Assembly (NCBI GenBank): GCA_964016885.1
Contig: OZ024743.1
Span: 182,714,001 to 182,778,000 of the forward strand
Length of the DNA stretch: 64,000 nucleotides
From: Eledone cirrhosa
Taxonomy: Eukaryota
Reading direction: 5' to 3'
Shown one piece after another: positions 25,239 to 37,732 of this stretch. Under the pieces are notes generated by a model. It did not search any database, was not told where the DNA came from, and worked only from the letters and a program-made list of their open reading frames with translations. Position numbers and translations under genes: made by a program. Each line of letters opens with the position of its first letter. Position 1 is the stretch's first letter.

Positions 25239-27540
25239 TTGTCTCGTTTGCGCGTGTGTGTGTGTGCGTGTGTTGTGTGTTGTTGCATCGCTTGTTAACT
25301 TAAACCAGCCATTTCATTTCGCTTCTCTCTGATCGGTTGTTTATTTGCGGTTGCAGTCGTTTGATAAAAAGCGCTTCCTTGATACGTAACGTGCCGACGT
25401 TTCTTTCAGTCGCTAGAATTGTGACAATGGGCCTTCCGTCTTTGTTTCCACATTTGTCTATGTGTTTCCGGAAAGACGAGGCCCTGGTTTTAGTGTGTTC
25501 CTTGATCCGGATGTGCAAAGGTCGAATTGTGCTACCTATGTAGTATTGGTTGCACCTGTCACATTCTATCTTATACACGACGTATGTGCGTAGACAACAG
25601 TTAGCATGGCGTATCGGACAGTCTCTGAGGGAGCATGCGTCAGTAGATTTTTCGGGTTTCCTGGAGAGGCATCTTCGCAGGGAGGGGCCCGAGTGGGCCA
25701 GGTGGATGTCGAGGGCCTCCCTCCGTATAGCCTTGCGGATAGCGTTGGTGGTTTTCTCGCCCAGGTGTGGCATTTTAAGGAAGCACTTACCTTGGGTGCT
25801 TCTCTGTCTCTTGCGTCTGGTGTCTCCTATTCTGTCTGTGATCGAGGTAGGGTACCCGTTCGTCTCCAGCACCTCGAGGAATCGCTTGGTATGAGTGACA
25901 CCACTTGCGGGATCTCGTTCGTGATGTATCCTCTTTTGGCACTGTTAGGGAGGGCGGACTTGTAGTGAACGAATAGGTCCCTGCAGGCTGCCTTTCTGTA
26001 GAAGTTGCAGTGGATCCCTCCTTGTTCCGTGATGTTGATTCGGAAGTCGAGGAGGGCAAGTGACCCGTCTTCGTTGGGGTGTTCAACACTGAAGTCAATG
26101 TTCTCGTCCGTGTTGTTGAACGTCTCATGGATTCTGTTCGCCGTGTCTTGGGAAGATGTGAGGATGAGGATATCATCCACGTATCTTGAGAAAAAGGCTA
26201 CGGCGTTGGGGTGGCAGGCGTTGAGTGCCTTGCGTTCGAGGTTGTCCATGTAGGAGATCGCTAGCACACCTGATAGGCTTGATCCCATGGGCAATCCCGA
26301 GGTTTGTTGGTATATTTGGTCAAGGAATCCGAAGTAGGTGTTGTCGACGACGATGGATAGGAGTTGGTGGATGTCGGTGGTGGTGAGCCCGAAGCAGTGT
26401 AGCTCGGTGGATTGGACGCGTTCCATTAGTATATTGACGGCCGGGAGTGCCGGGACCGAGGTGTAGAGAGCGACTACATCAAGGCTGAAGGTATATCTGT
26501 TATTCTTTCTGGTGTCGGGATCCATTTGATGCAGGCGCTTCAACACCTCCTCGGAGCTGTTAACGTGTCCCGGCAAGGTGTCTAAGATGGGTTTGCGTAT
26601 TCTGGCTAGGAGCCATGAAATTTTGTAGAGTGGTCCCTCCACGCTCGATACGATGGGCCTGATTTTCAGGTCGGGTCCCTGTTTGTGTGTTTTCACGAGG
26701 TGGTAGAAGGCGGGTAGTCTGCTGTTCCTCGTGAGGAGGTTGTATCTCAGCTTCTTCGGGAGCTTCCGCTGGTCGCATATGTTGGTCCAGGCGGAGTTGA
26801 TGTGCTCTTCTATCTGCGCGGGAGTGATTCCCGTGACCTTGGAGTAGAGGTTGTCATCGTCAAGGTGTTGGAGGGCCAGGGTGTTGTAGGCCTCTCTGCT
26901 GATGACGCAGAATTCTTTTCCCTTGTCGGAGGGGAGATAGATGAGGTTCTTCGATTTTAGGTTGGAGAGAGTGGTAAGTTGAGATTTGGTGAGGTGATGT
27001 GTTGTGCGTGTGTGTGTGTGTGTTTGTGAAGTATATCCGAGATGGAGTGTTTTAGCCTGATGAGTTTAGTGTCGAGTTCGTGGTTGGTGGGTGGGGGGGT
27101 GGAGTGGGTTGTCGGGGTGGTAAGTGGGGAACTTGGGGTGGGTTGTGTCGGCGCTGTTATTATCTGTGGCGCTGTTGATAGCGGTCACCCATTTAAGTTG
27201 GTAAGCGGCTCGACAAAAGTTGGCCTCGATGTTGAGTTTGAGTCTGTCGTCGAGACGTTGTGTGACGATGAACTTAGGTCCGAGGTGTAGGAGTTTCAAC
27301 TCGTCGCTCGTGAGAGTGCCGGTTAGGTCGGTGACCAGGTGCGTCGCATCGTTGAGGTATGGCTCGGTGTTGGTGGTTGCGGCGGTTGTTAAGTTGTTGT
27401 TTTCCACGTGGTTCTGGTCCGTCTGTTCGTTAGTGTCGATGTTCACGTTGTGGCGTTTCGACAAGATCCACTCATATTTTCCGCTTGAGCCGTTTTTTCT
27501 CGTATTGGTCTCTGGAGTGGTAGCACTGGTCGATTGCTTT
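24720..27540 (-). mobile_element. Penelope/Poseidon-like PLE, frameshifted RT + GIY-YIG
   Basis: Motifs [51 protein letters not shown] and VVYKIEC..YYIGST.R.L..R..EH. Confidence 0.9.
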
Positions 27541-27544
27541 AGTG

Positions 27545-27610
27545 ATATATATATATATATATACATATACATACATATACATATATACACATATATATAT
27601 ATATATACAT

Positions 27611-27641
<31 letters not shown>

Positions 27642-27740
27642 CATACATATATATATATATATACATATACATACATATATATATATACATATACATACAT
27701 ATATATATATACATATACATACATATATATATATACATAT

Positions 27741-27799
<59 letters not shown>

Positions 27800-27848
27800 C
27801 ATACATATATATATATATATACATACATATATATATATATACATATAC

Positions 27849-27882
<34 letters not shown>

Positions 27883-28524
27883 ACATATACATATATATAT
27901 ACATATATGTACATATATATATATACATATATATATATACATATATATATATATACACATATATATATATATACACATATATATATATATATATATACAC
28001 ATATATATATATATATACACATATATATATACACATATATATATATATATACATACACATATATATATACACATATATATATATATATATACACATATAT
28101 ATATATACATATATATACATATATATATATACATATATATATATACATATATATATATACATATATATATACATATATATATATATACACATATATATAT
28201 ATATACATATATATACATATATATACACATATATATATACACATATATATATACACACATATATATATACATATATATATACACACATATATATATATAT
28301 ATACATATATATATACATATATATATATATACATATATATATACACACATATATATATACACACATATATATACACATATATATATATATACACACATAT
28401 ATATATACACACATATATATATACACAGAGATATATATACACACATATATATATATACACAGATATATATATATACACACATATATACATATATACATAT
28501 ATACATATATACATATATACATAT
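27545..28524. repeat. ~1 kb (TA)/(TACA) microsatellite
   Basis: Seen directly in the sequence. Confidence 0.95.
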
Positions 28525-28676
28525 ATTTTGAGTATATGTTGGTTGTTTACCGACACCTCAGTATGCAGACTGGAGCACTCGACGAAGTATGCAGGTTGAT
28601 TTGGTTACTCCGGAGTAATGTAAAATAAAGTAATTAAGTCAAATATTTAAGATTTGGCTTTGTTTATTAAAGATGT

Positions 28677-28731
28677 ACTGCTATATATATTTCGGTGACA
28701 GCCATCATTGGCTGTGACCTCTTCAGGCAGT
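28677..28731 (-). ncRNA. Type I hammerhead ribozyme (left arm of inverted pLTR pair)
   Basis: The reverse complement reads ACTGC-CTGAAGA-ggtcacagcca atga tggctgtcacc-GAAA-tatata-TA-GCAGT. The core is fully canonical. Confidence 0.85.
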
Positions 28732-28903
28732 CCGAATTGGTGTGGTAGAGACAGGTACACATGTTGTTAAAGTGTTTTACTCCGTCAATACTCCGATATG
28801 TCCAGCTCCTGGTTGGGTTGTTATTTCTCTGAGGAACTGGAATCATATGATGGAGTAAAACACTTCAACAACATGTGTACCTGTCTCTACCACACCAATT
28901 CGG

Positions 28904-28958
28904 ACTGCCTGAAGAGGTCACAGCCAATGATGGCCGTCACCGAAATATATATAGCAGT
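28904..28958 (+). ncRNA. Type I hammerhead ribozyme (right arm)
   Basis: ACTGC-CTGAAGA-ggt..acc-GAAA-tatata-TA-GCAGT. Confidence 0.85.
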
Positions 28959-29105
28959 ACATCTTTAATAAACAAAACCAAATTTTTAATATTTGACTTA
29001 ATTATTTTATTTTATATATACATATTTATATATATATGTGTATATATATATATATACACATACATGTGTATATATATATATATATATATACACATATATA
29101 TATAT

Positions 29106-29374
29106 AAAATAATAGATATATTTATTTTTATTGCCCATACATTTTACAGGATAATTACCTTCATATTCCCATTTCTTTAGATAAATATATTGTAGCTAAG
29201 TGTGTGTGTGTGTATATATATGTGTGTGTATATATAATATATATATATATTATATATACACACACATATATACACACACACTTAGCTACAATATATTTAT
29301 CTAAAGAAATGGGAATATGAAGGTAATTATCCTGTAAAATGTATGGGCAATAAAAATAAATATATCTATTATTT
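29106..29374. repeat. Near-perfect palindrome centred on a TA tract
   Basis: The ~130-bp arms are reverse complements with no spacer. Confidence 0.85.
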
Positions 29375-29512
29375 TTCTATGATGTGGAACAAGGAGGCAA
29401 ATACCCCACCCTCAGGACCACACTCAAAGCACTAAGAAGTTATAGAGTTCATAGAAAATATAGGAAATTCAGACACAGAAAATAACTATAAACAAAGTTA
29501 GTTGCTCTAAAC

Positions 29513-30054
29513 CAGGGATCGCCAACCTATGGCCCTAGGTCCACATGTGGTTCAGTATGGCCCTCAGAACAAGATAACAATTATTCTCCTATCCAGCAGA
29601 TTGTAGGTAGCCAGCAACTGAATGACAGCATTTTTGCTACGTTTCAAATATTTGCACTAATTTTTATATACATTCAAACTACTTTGCAAAGTAGTAATAG
29701 TAGTAATAGCAGTAGTAATAATAGTAGTATTAGTCTTAATAATCTATATTATAAAAGGAAACCTGTTTCTATGTCTCTTGGTCAGTCTGTCTGTCCATCA
29801 CACTTCATGTGTGTGTGTGTGTTTCTCTATGTCCTTCAATATATAGATAAAGCAACAGACTTCAAAATACTTTATTAAAAAAAAAAAAATGTGTGGCTCT
29901 AACTAGTTTTGATTGAAAACTCAGCAATTTTAAGTACAAGTCTATCATAAAAACATGAACTGTCTTGATAGTACAGATAATTCTAATATGTGGCCCTCAT
30001 CTAAATTTGGAATATTAATGGGGTCCTTTCATGCAAAAAGATTGGAGACTTTTG
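29513..30054. mobile_element. Degenerate hAT/Charlie-like MITE
   Basis: Ends are cagggatcgccaacc and gattggagacttttg. The flanks ctctaaac and ctatagat resemble the NTCTAGAN target. Confidence 0.45.
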
Positions 30055-30177
30055 CTATAGATAATAGCTTAGAAAATCAGATAAAATCCCCCCTATTGAT
30101 GGACTCATAGCAGCTTCTGGCCACTTGTTTCCATCTCTAGGTGTATTTTACCTGGTTGTCTAAGGTATTATTTACAA

Positions 30178-31496
30178 CAATCAACTGTCTCACTTACCTA
30201 CATAATCAACTGTGTCTCACTTTCCTACATAATCAACTGTGTCTCACTTTCCTACATAATCAACTGTGTCTCACTTTCCTACATAATCAACTGTGTCTCA
30301 CTTTCCTACATAATCAACTGTGTCTCACTTACCTACATAATCAACTGTGTCTCACTTACCTACATAATCAACTGTGTCTCACTTACCTACATAATCAACT
30401 GTGTCTCACTTACCTACATAATCAACTGTGTCTCACTTTCCTACATAATCAACTGTGTCTCACTTTCCTACATAATCAACTGTGTCTCACTTACCTACAT
30501 TATCAACTTTGTCTCACTTTCCTACATAATCAATCAACTGTGTCTCACTTACCTACATAATCAACTGTGTCTCACTTACCTACATAATCAACTGTGTCTC
30601 ACTTACCTACATAATCAACTGTGTCTCACTTACCTACATAATCAACTGTGTCTCACTTACCTACATAATCAACTGTGTCTCACTTACCTACATAATCAAC
30701 TGTGTCTCACTTTCCTACATAATCAACTGTGTCTCACTTTCCTACATAATCAACTGTGTCTCACTTACCTACATAATCAACTGTGTCTCACTTACCTACA
30801 TAATCAACTGTGTCTCACTTACCTACATAATCAACTGTGTCTCACTTACCTACATAATCAACTGTGTCTCACTTTCCTACATAATCAACTGTGTCTCACT
30901 TACCTACATAATCAACTGTGTCTCACTTTCCTACATAATCAACTGTGTCTCACTTTCCTACATAATCAACTGTGTCTCACTTTCCTACATAATCAACTGT
31001 GTCTCACTTACCTACATAATCAACTGTCTCACTTACCTACATAATCAACTGTGTCTCACTTTCCTACATAATCAACTGTGTCTCACTTACCTACATAATC
31101 AACTGTGTCTCACTTTCCTACATAATCAACTGTCTCACTTACCTACATTATCAACTTTGTCTCACTTTCCTACATAATCAATCAACTGTGTCTCACTTAC
31201 CTACATTATCAACTGTGTCTCTCTTACCTACATAATCAACTGTGTCTCACTTACCTACATAATCAACTGTGTCTCACTTACCTACATAATCAACTGTGTC
31301 TCACTTACCTACATAATCAACTGTGTCTCACTTACCTACATAATCAACTGTGTCTCACTTTCCTACATAATCAACTGTCTCACTTACCTACATTATCAAC
31401 TTTGTCTCACTTTCCTACATAATCAATCAACTGTGTCTCACTTACCTACATTATCAACTGTGTCTCTCTTACCTACATTATCAACTGTGTCTCTCT
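30178..31496. repeat. 27-bp minisatellite (aatcaactgtgtctcacttwcctacat)n
   Basis: About 48 tandem copies. Confidence 0.95.
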
Positions 31497-31529
31497 AATG
31501 AAATAGAAATAGTTTTGGTCAGCAACTGT

Positions 31530-32035
31530 GATATGTATGTGTATGTATGTGTATGTGAATGTATGTGAGTGTATGTATGTGTATGAATATGTATGTGTAT
31601 GTATGCATACACATGTGTGTGTATCTGTATGTGAATGTGTATGTACATATGTATGTGTATTTGCATATGTGTGCATATCACTGTGTATGGTTAATACATG
31701 TACATTTTTGCATGTGTATGGTTAATATATGTATATGCATGTATATGTTTAATATGTGTATGTGGGTATGTGTATGTTTAATATGTACGTATGTGTATGT
31801 TTAATATGCATATGTGTATGTGCATGGTTAATGTGTGTGCTTAATATGTGTTATGTTTAACATATGTATGTATATCATCATTTTATGTCTGCTTTTCTCT
31901 GTTTATATATGTGAATTTGTGAATATGTATGTGTATATACATGTGTATGTGTATATATGTGTGTATATGTATGTGTACATGTATGTGTATATATGTATAT
32001 GTATATGTATATGTATGTGTATATGTATGTGTATA
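31530..32035. repeat. Degenerate (TATG/TG)n low-complexity tract
   Basis: Seen directly in the sequence. Confidence 0.85.
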
Positions 32036-32550
32036 TTTAACTTCATAAAGTAATAATTAGTGATGAAGATAAAAAGGACTTCAGAAATTTTCCTTTTTTC
32101 TTTACTTTTGTTTTAAGGAATAGCTGTGCCTTGCAAACTGCAACAAACAAACTAAAAGACTAGGGAGCTTTATGCAGTTCATACCCAACTTATATTAGTG
32201 CTCTGTGTGAGTGTGGAGTGGTTACTATTCCAAGGGGGTGTAAATATATTTGGGACAGAGATGAAGAATGAGAAAAAAAATCATGATTGAGAAGTCGAGG
32301 GGGTCAGTTGAAAGGATCTGAGTGGAGCTGATGCTGAGATTTAGTTCTAACAAGCTGGTGGCTTTGTACTAAGAGCTGAAGAAACAAAATGACGATACTG
32401 GTGACAGAAAGTTGGGAGAAATATGATTCAGCAAAGAGGGGGTTAATTAATGTTTGACCTATCAAGAAAAACGAGAACATTCAAGAAAGTGTTAAGTGTA
32501 ACAATGTATAATGTGTCTCTTTTAGCTACTTTTTCACTCCATTATTTCTA

Positions 32551-32651
32551 CCCGCCGAGGTTAACTTTGCCTTTCATCCTTACAGGGTCGATAAAATAAA
32601 GTACCAGTAATGCACTGGGTATTTGCTGGCCTTGTGCCATAAGTAGAAACA
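32551..32651 (+). mobile_element. 5'-truncated SINE (same family as 6221) with 10-bp TSD
   Basis: Matches 6298-6398. TSD attatttcta at 32541-32550 and 32652-32661. Confidence 0.8.
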
Positions 32652-32711
32652 ATTATTTCTAACTTGCATAGTAGTGGCTTCCTAATATATATATATATAT
32701 ATATATATATT

Positions 32712-33534
32712 TACATAAGTTCGGAGGGTATGTGCATAAACACTTACTCACCGTACTGTATTATTGCAGTATTGTGTTAGCTCAATGTACGTAAACAGCT
32801 ATTATATGCAAAAGAAACCAAAGAACGCTTACATACTCAGTCTTTATTCATTAACAATGTTTCATCCTCACCTTTAGGCAGGAATCATCAGTAATAAGTA
32901 ATTACAAGCGCAGTTCCCAGCAACATAAGCGAGTATAATGTCAGTTGTCCATATATAGGCATGAATAGATCATTTTGGTACATCACAAAAGACCACAGTA
33001 ATTCGAATGACCATCATACTATACATACACAAAGTATATCAGTAGGTACTCAGACTAGGTAGCCAATTGGTGTTCACGAGTATATATAAAGGCATCACAA
33101 AGGCACAGGCCTCACTCAAGTAAATGTGGTTAATCAGGCCTCACTCAAGTAAATGTGGTTAATATATGGTATTGCTGAGTGAAACAAGTAAATACATTTA
33201 AGGCATAAAAAGAAGCCATGCATAAGCAGATTTCAGTTAGTGTGCGATAGAATTTAAGCAGTCTTGATATATTAGTTGTTATAAGAGTTGTTATAAAGTA
33301 ATTGGCAAAGTTATTATTCATGCATAATTAGCAATACAAGCAGGACTAATTGTTTACATATCGAACATATTATATATACATATACATACATATATATATA
33401 TACACATATACAGTTATATGGTCACTGGTTAAATATACGTAGTAGTATATTAAGCATAACAATTACATCATAACTCAAGAAAATGCATACTGGATTACTA
33501 CAATAAACAACCACTCCATGCAGAAAATCTCAGG

Positions 33535-33598
<64 letters not shown>

Positions 33599-34077
33599 GT
33601 AATATGTTCAATATGTAAACAATTAGTCCTGCTTGTATTGCTAATTATGCATGAATAATAACTTTGCCAATTACTTTATAACAACTCTTATAACAACTAA
33701 TATATCAAGACTGCTTAAATTCTATCGCACACTAACCGAAATCTGCTTATGTATGGCTTCTTTTTATGCCTTAAATGTATTTACTTGTTTCACTCAGCAA
33801 TACCATATATTAACCACATTTACTTGAGTGAGGCCTGATTAACCACATGTACTGGAGTGAGGCCTGTGCCTTTGTGATGCCTTTATATATACTCGTGAAC
33901 ACCAATTGGCTACCTAGTCTGAGTACCTACTGATATACTTTGTGTATGTATAGTATGATGGTCATTCGAATTACTGTGGTCTTTTGTGATGTACCAAAAT
34001 GATCTATTCACGCCTGTATATGGACAACTGACATTATACTCGCTTGTGTTGCTGGGAACTGCGCATGTAATTACTTG
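32712..34077. mobile_element. Non-coding PLE-pLTR-like fold-back (~475-bp inverted arms) with degenerate hammerhead
   Basis: 32896-33372 is the reverse complement of ~33600-34076. A CTGATGA..GAAA motif lies on the minus strand at ~32850-32897. Confidence 0.7.
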
Positions 34078-34422
34078 CTTCTCTAAGGACTCATAAAATA
34101 CAACTTTTTCTCAATTTATTAAATATTTTTAATCCTTTTAATTTAATTTTATCTTATTATATAATTTTATTATTTTATTATCATTTATTATTATTTTATT
34201 ATATATTTTTTATATTAATTTATTGTATTTTAATTTATTTTTAGTATATTTTTATTTAATTACTTTTCTTGTATTTTATTTTATTTTTCTTCATTTCATT
34301 TTATATTATCTCTATTATTATTTTTTATCTTTATTTTTATCTCTATTATTTTTTATCTTTATTTTTATATTTTTTATTACTTTAATATAATTTATATTAT
34401 GTTTTAACATTTGCCTGTATTT

Positions 34423-34652
34423 CATCATCACCGTTTTACGTCCGTTCTTCCACGCTAGCATGGGTTAGACGGGTTGTCCTGTTGTGGGCAGTGTCTGGTC
34501 GGCTGACCATGCCTTGCTCATACAGGAACTGATCTGGCTTGATTTCTACAGCTGGATGCCCTTCATAACACCAACCTCATTTACAGTGAGTGCTGGGTGC
34601 TTTTTCGTGGCGCCTACACGTCCACTTTACAGTGTGGGCTGGGTGCTTTTTT
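34423..34652 (-). mobile_element. RTE LINE 3' UTR fragment
   Basis: Nearly identical to 36066-36295. Confidence 0.75.
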
Positions 34653-34948
34653 CTTTGTATTTTTAGTTATTTTTATGTATTTTTTATGAATTTCTTATGT
34701 ATTTTTATGTATTTATTATGTACTTTTTAATGCTTTCACACTTTTTAATTTCACATTCTACATTTTTGAGTGCCGTCTACTGTGTCTTCATCTTGTTGAA
34801 TCCAATTGTACCTTGGTATTTTGCAGTGATGCTTAGTAACCCAAGCATGAACCTCTTTGTTAGCTATCTCCAATCCCCATATTATTTTTTCTGATTGTTC
34901 ATGTGACTAAGTTATTGTGGAGCTTATACTCAACACAGTATTTGTTGA

Positions 34949-34993
34949 GCTCTGATGATTCCTGCCTAAAGGTGAGGATGAAACATTGTTAGT
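34949..34993 (+). ncRNA. Hammerhead-like motif in pLTR remnant
   Basis: gct-CTGATGA-ttcctgcctaaaggtgaggat-GAAA-cattg-TT-agt. Stem I is weak. Confidence 0.5.
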
Positions 34994-35054
34994 GAATAAA
35001 GACTGTTTGAGTATGTAAGCGTTCTTTGGTTTCTTTTGCATATATATATATATA

Positions 35055-35290
35055 TTAGGTAGTAACATGTGCTTACGCCGTATTTGACTACATAGAATTA
35101 GTCCGTTAGTTGGGATTTTTAAAAAAAACCTTCCGAAAAGAGGAGTATTGACGTACATGGGACACAAACCCACATCTTTGGTTTGCCGGACCAATGTGTA
35201 CCATTACACAGGGTTTTTTTTTTAAATCCCAACTAACAGACTAATTCTATACGTAGTCAAATACAGCGTAAGCACATGTTACTACCTAAT
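35055..35290. mobile_element. MITE-like element with ~75-bp terminal inverted repeats
   Basis: attaggtagtaacatgtgcttacg.. pairs with ..cgtaagcacatgttactacctaat. Confidence 0.7.
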
Positions 35291-35609
35291 TTTCAAATTC
35301 ACTAGTCGTTTCTAAACAAAGCCTGCTTTGTGTTTCCCTATGTATATACATATATATAAACAGGATGTCAGGGAAAAACTAGGCAACATTTTGATTTTAG
35401 GAAAAATATTTATTATACAAGAGAGTCTCTAGCATGTGTTTCAATAAAGTTATATAATCGCCTACAAAACCTGGATTATTACGTAATCTACTATCTCACT
35501 CTGCATTGTTAAATTCTGGGGGTTTATACAGCATGTAATTATTAGAAATATGGCGATTCAATTTTCAAATTTTCAATTCAATTTTCAAATTCCAGTGCTG
35601 TCTTCTATA

Positions 35610-35649
<40 letters not shown>

Positions 35650-35652
35650 TAT

Positions 35653-35688
<36 letters not shown>

Positions 35689-35882
35689 TCAGGTTTGAGG
35701 TTCACCACTGGATAGAGCTGGTCAATTCCGTATGGTCAATCTTAATGTAATAATATGGAGAGTACTCAACGTAAAGCAGTTCAACCGTCTTTGTTTTTGT
35801 AGTTGGTGGTGCTAGTACGGAGTTAAATATTATAATGAAATGACAGGAGGCTGGACTTGTGTAAATCCTTGAAAGGTTTATT

Positions 35883-35940
35883 ATACTATGATCATTTCAA
35901 TGACCAGGTTCCGTATGAATCCGGTGATATCATCAGGTAT
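35883..35940 (-). ncRNA. Type I hammerhead, second copy of the 20126 family (element 35687-36010)
   Basis: Same motif as 20313-20370. Confidence 0.75.
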
Positions 35941-36063
35941 TCAAAATATAATAAATGAATGTAATAGATAAAATCCATGAGGCTGAAAATCAAAGACCGG
36001 AGGACGACCGCCATCCAGCATCTTCCACCTTTGCCAGTCGGGCGACCGGCAAAGGTGGATGAT

Positions 36064-37260
36064 GTCATCATCACCGCTTTACGTCCGTTCTTCCACGCTA
36101 GCATGGGTTAGACGGGTTGTCCTGTTGTGGGCAGTGTCTGGTCGGCTGACCATGCCTTGCTCATACAGGAACTGATCTGGCTTGATTTCTACAGCTGGAT
36201 GCCCTTCCTAACACCAACCTCATTTACAGTGAGTGCTGGGTGCTTTTTCGTGGCGCCTACACGTCCACTTTACAGTGTGAGCTGGGTGCTTTTTTGCCGT
36301 GGCACCTCCACGACCACCTTGCGGTGGGGGGGGGGGGCATATTGTTTATATGCTTCAGCATGTACCCATGGGAGGTCGGGTACCCTGTATTACTGCGTGA
36401 CGCCAGAAGTCACGGTCGTGTGTCATTGACTTTGAGAGGTGTAGTTGGGTAAGGTCGGCTTTTATCACCTCATCCCAAGTCATCTTGGGTCTCCCCACTC
36501 CGCGGTTTCCATCAACTTCTAGTGCTCTGCACCTTTTTATGCAGCTGTCATCCTTCATACGCATCACATGTCCATACCAGCGTAACCGCCTCTCCTGCAC
36601 GCAGCATTTGATTCCTCTTATGCTCAGTCTCTCTCTCAATTCATTTATGCTTTGTCGTTCACGTATATTACTGTTACACATCCATCGGAATCGGAGCATG
36701 CAGGCTTCGTTTCTCTCTAATCTACGTAAGTCTTCCACCTTCAGCGCCCAGGTCTCACTACCATGCAACATCGCTGTTCGGATACACGCATCATACAGTC
36801 TGCCTTTCATTCTGAGGGAGAAGCCTTTTGCAGCTAGCAGTGGTAGTAGTTCCCTAAACTTCTTCCATCCCGTTCTTACCCTAGTTATTGTACTTTCTGA
36901 GCACCCACCTCCGTTGCTAATTCGGTCACCTAGGTAGCAGAAGCTGTCTACTGTTTCTACAGGGCCCTCCCAGAGATTGGTGGTACTTGTTTCCTGTGGC
37001 TGTTTGCTTGCTGTTTCAGCACAGCTGCTGCATGTGAATCCTACATTCTTAATTAAGCTTCCTGAGATCCCGCTACATCTCTTGTGTACCCATTGTTTGC
37101 ATTTGGGGCAAAGAATGGAGTTCCTACCTACACCTTTCCTACATACTGAGCAAGGCCATTTCCCTGAGGGGATCTGGGTTCTGTTTTCTCGTCTACTTAT
37201 AAGGACCTTAGTCTTTGTCATGTTGACTTTGAGGCCCTTTCTCTCTAGTCCCTGCTTCCA
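36064..37260 (-). mobile_element. RTE LINE 3' fragment with Cys-rich finger in the RT C-terminal region
   Basis: [54 protein letters not shown]. Followed by the 3' UTR and GAT tail. Confidence 0.9.
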
Positions 37261-37262
37261 TG

Positions 37263-37293
<31 letters not shown>

Positions 37294-37301
37294 AAGGTGG
37301 A

Positions 37302-37339
<38 letters not shown>

Positions 37340-37484
37340 AAGGTGGAATGTATATATATGTGTATATATATATCATCATCATCAACGTTTAATGTCATTA
37401 ACCCACTCGATATGCAATTGGGCTACTCAGACGTTAATATGCATAAGGTAAGTATATACGTTCAACAATCTGGCAGGAAGGTAT

Positions 37485-37527
37485 ACGTTGCTGACGATAG
37501 CTAATAAGCTTGAAACTAGTACAGCGT
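37485..37527 (+). ncRNA. Minimal type I hammerhead ribozyme
   Basis: ACGTTG-CTGACGA-tagctaataagctt-GAAA-CTAG-TA-CAGCGT. Confidence 0.7.
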
Positions 37528-37732
37528 TCCTTTGTCAGTGTTGAACAAACGAGTAATGATGGTTGCTGGACACTACGGCTTAATACGGGATGTTTGTTTA
37601 CAAACACACCGAGCATTATAATAAATGTTCAGTGAATCCATATGTACATATATATATGTGTGCATGTATGTATATATAACGGCGATGAATTAGTTTTGCG
37701 AGGTTTTTGATATAAAATCGTGTGTCGAAACA

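Noticed and set aside
12431-28599. Many long YI/YT/CI-rich ORFs
   Set aside because: They are translations of TA/CA microsatellites, which lack stop codons.
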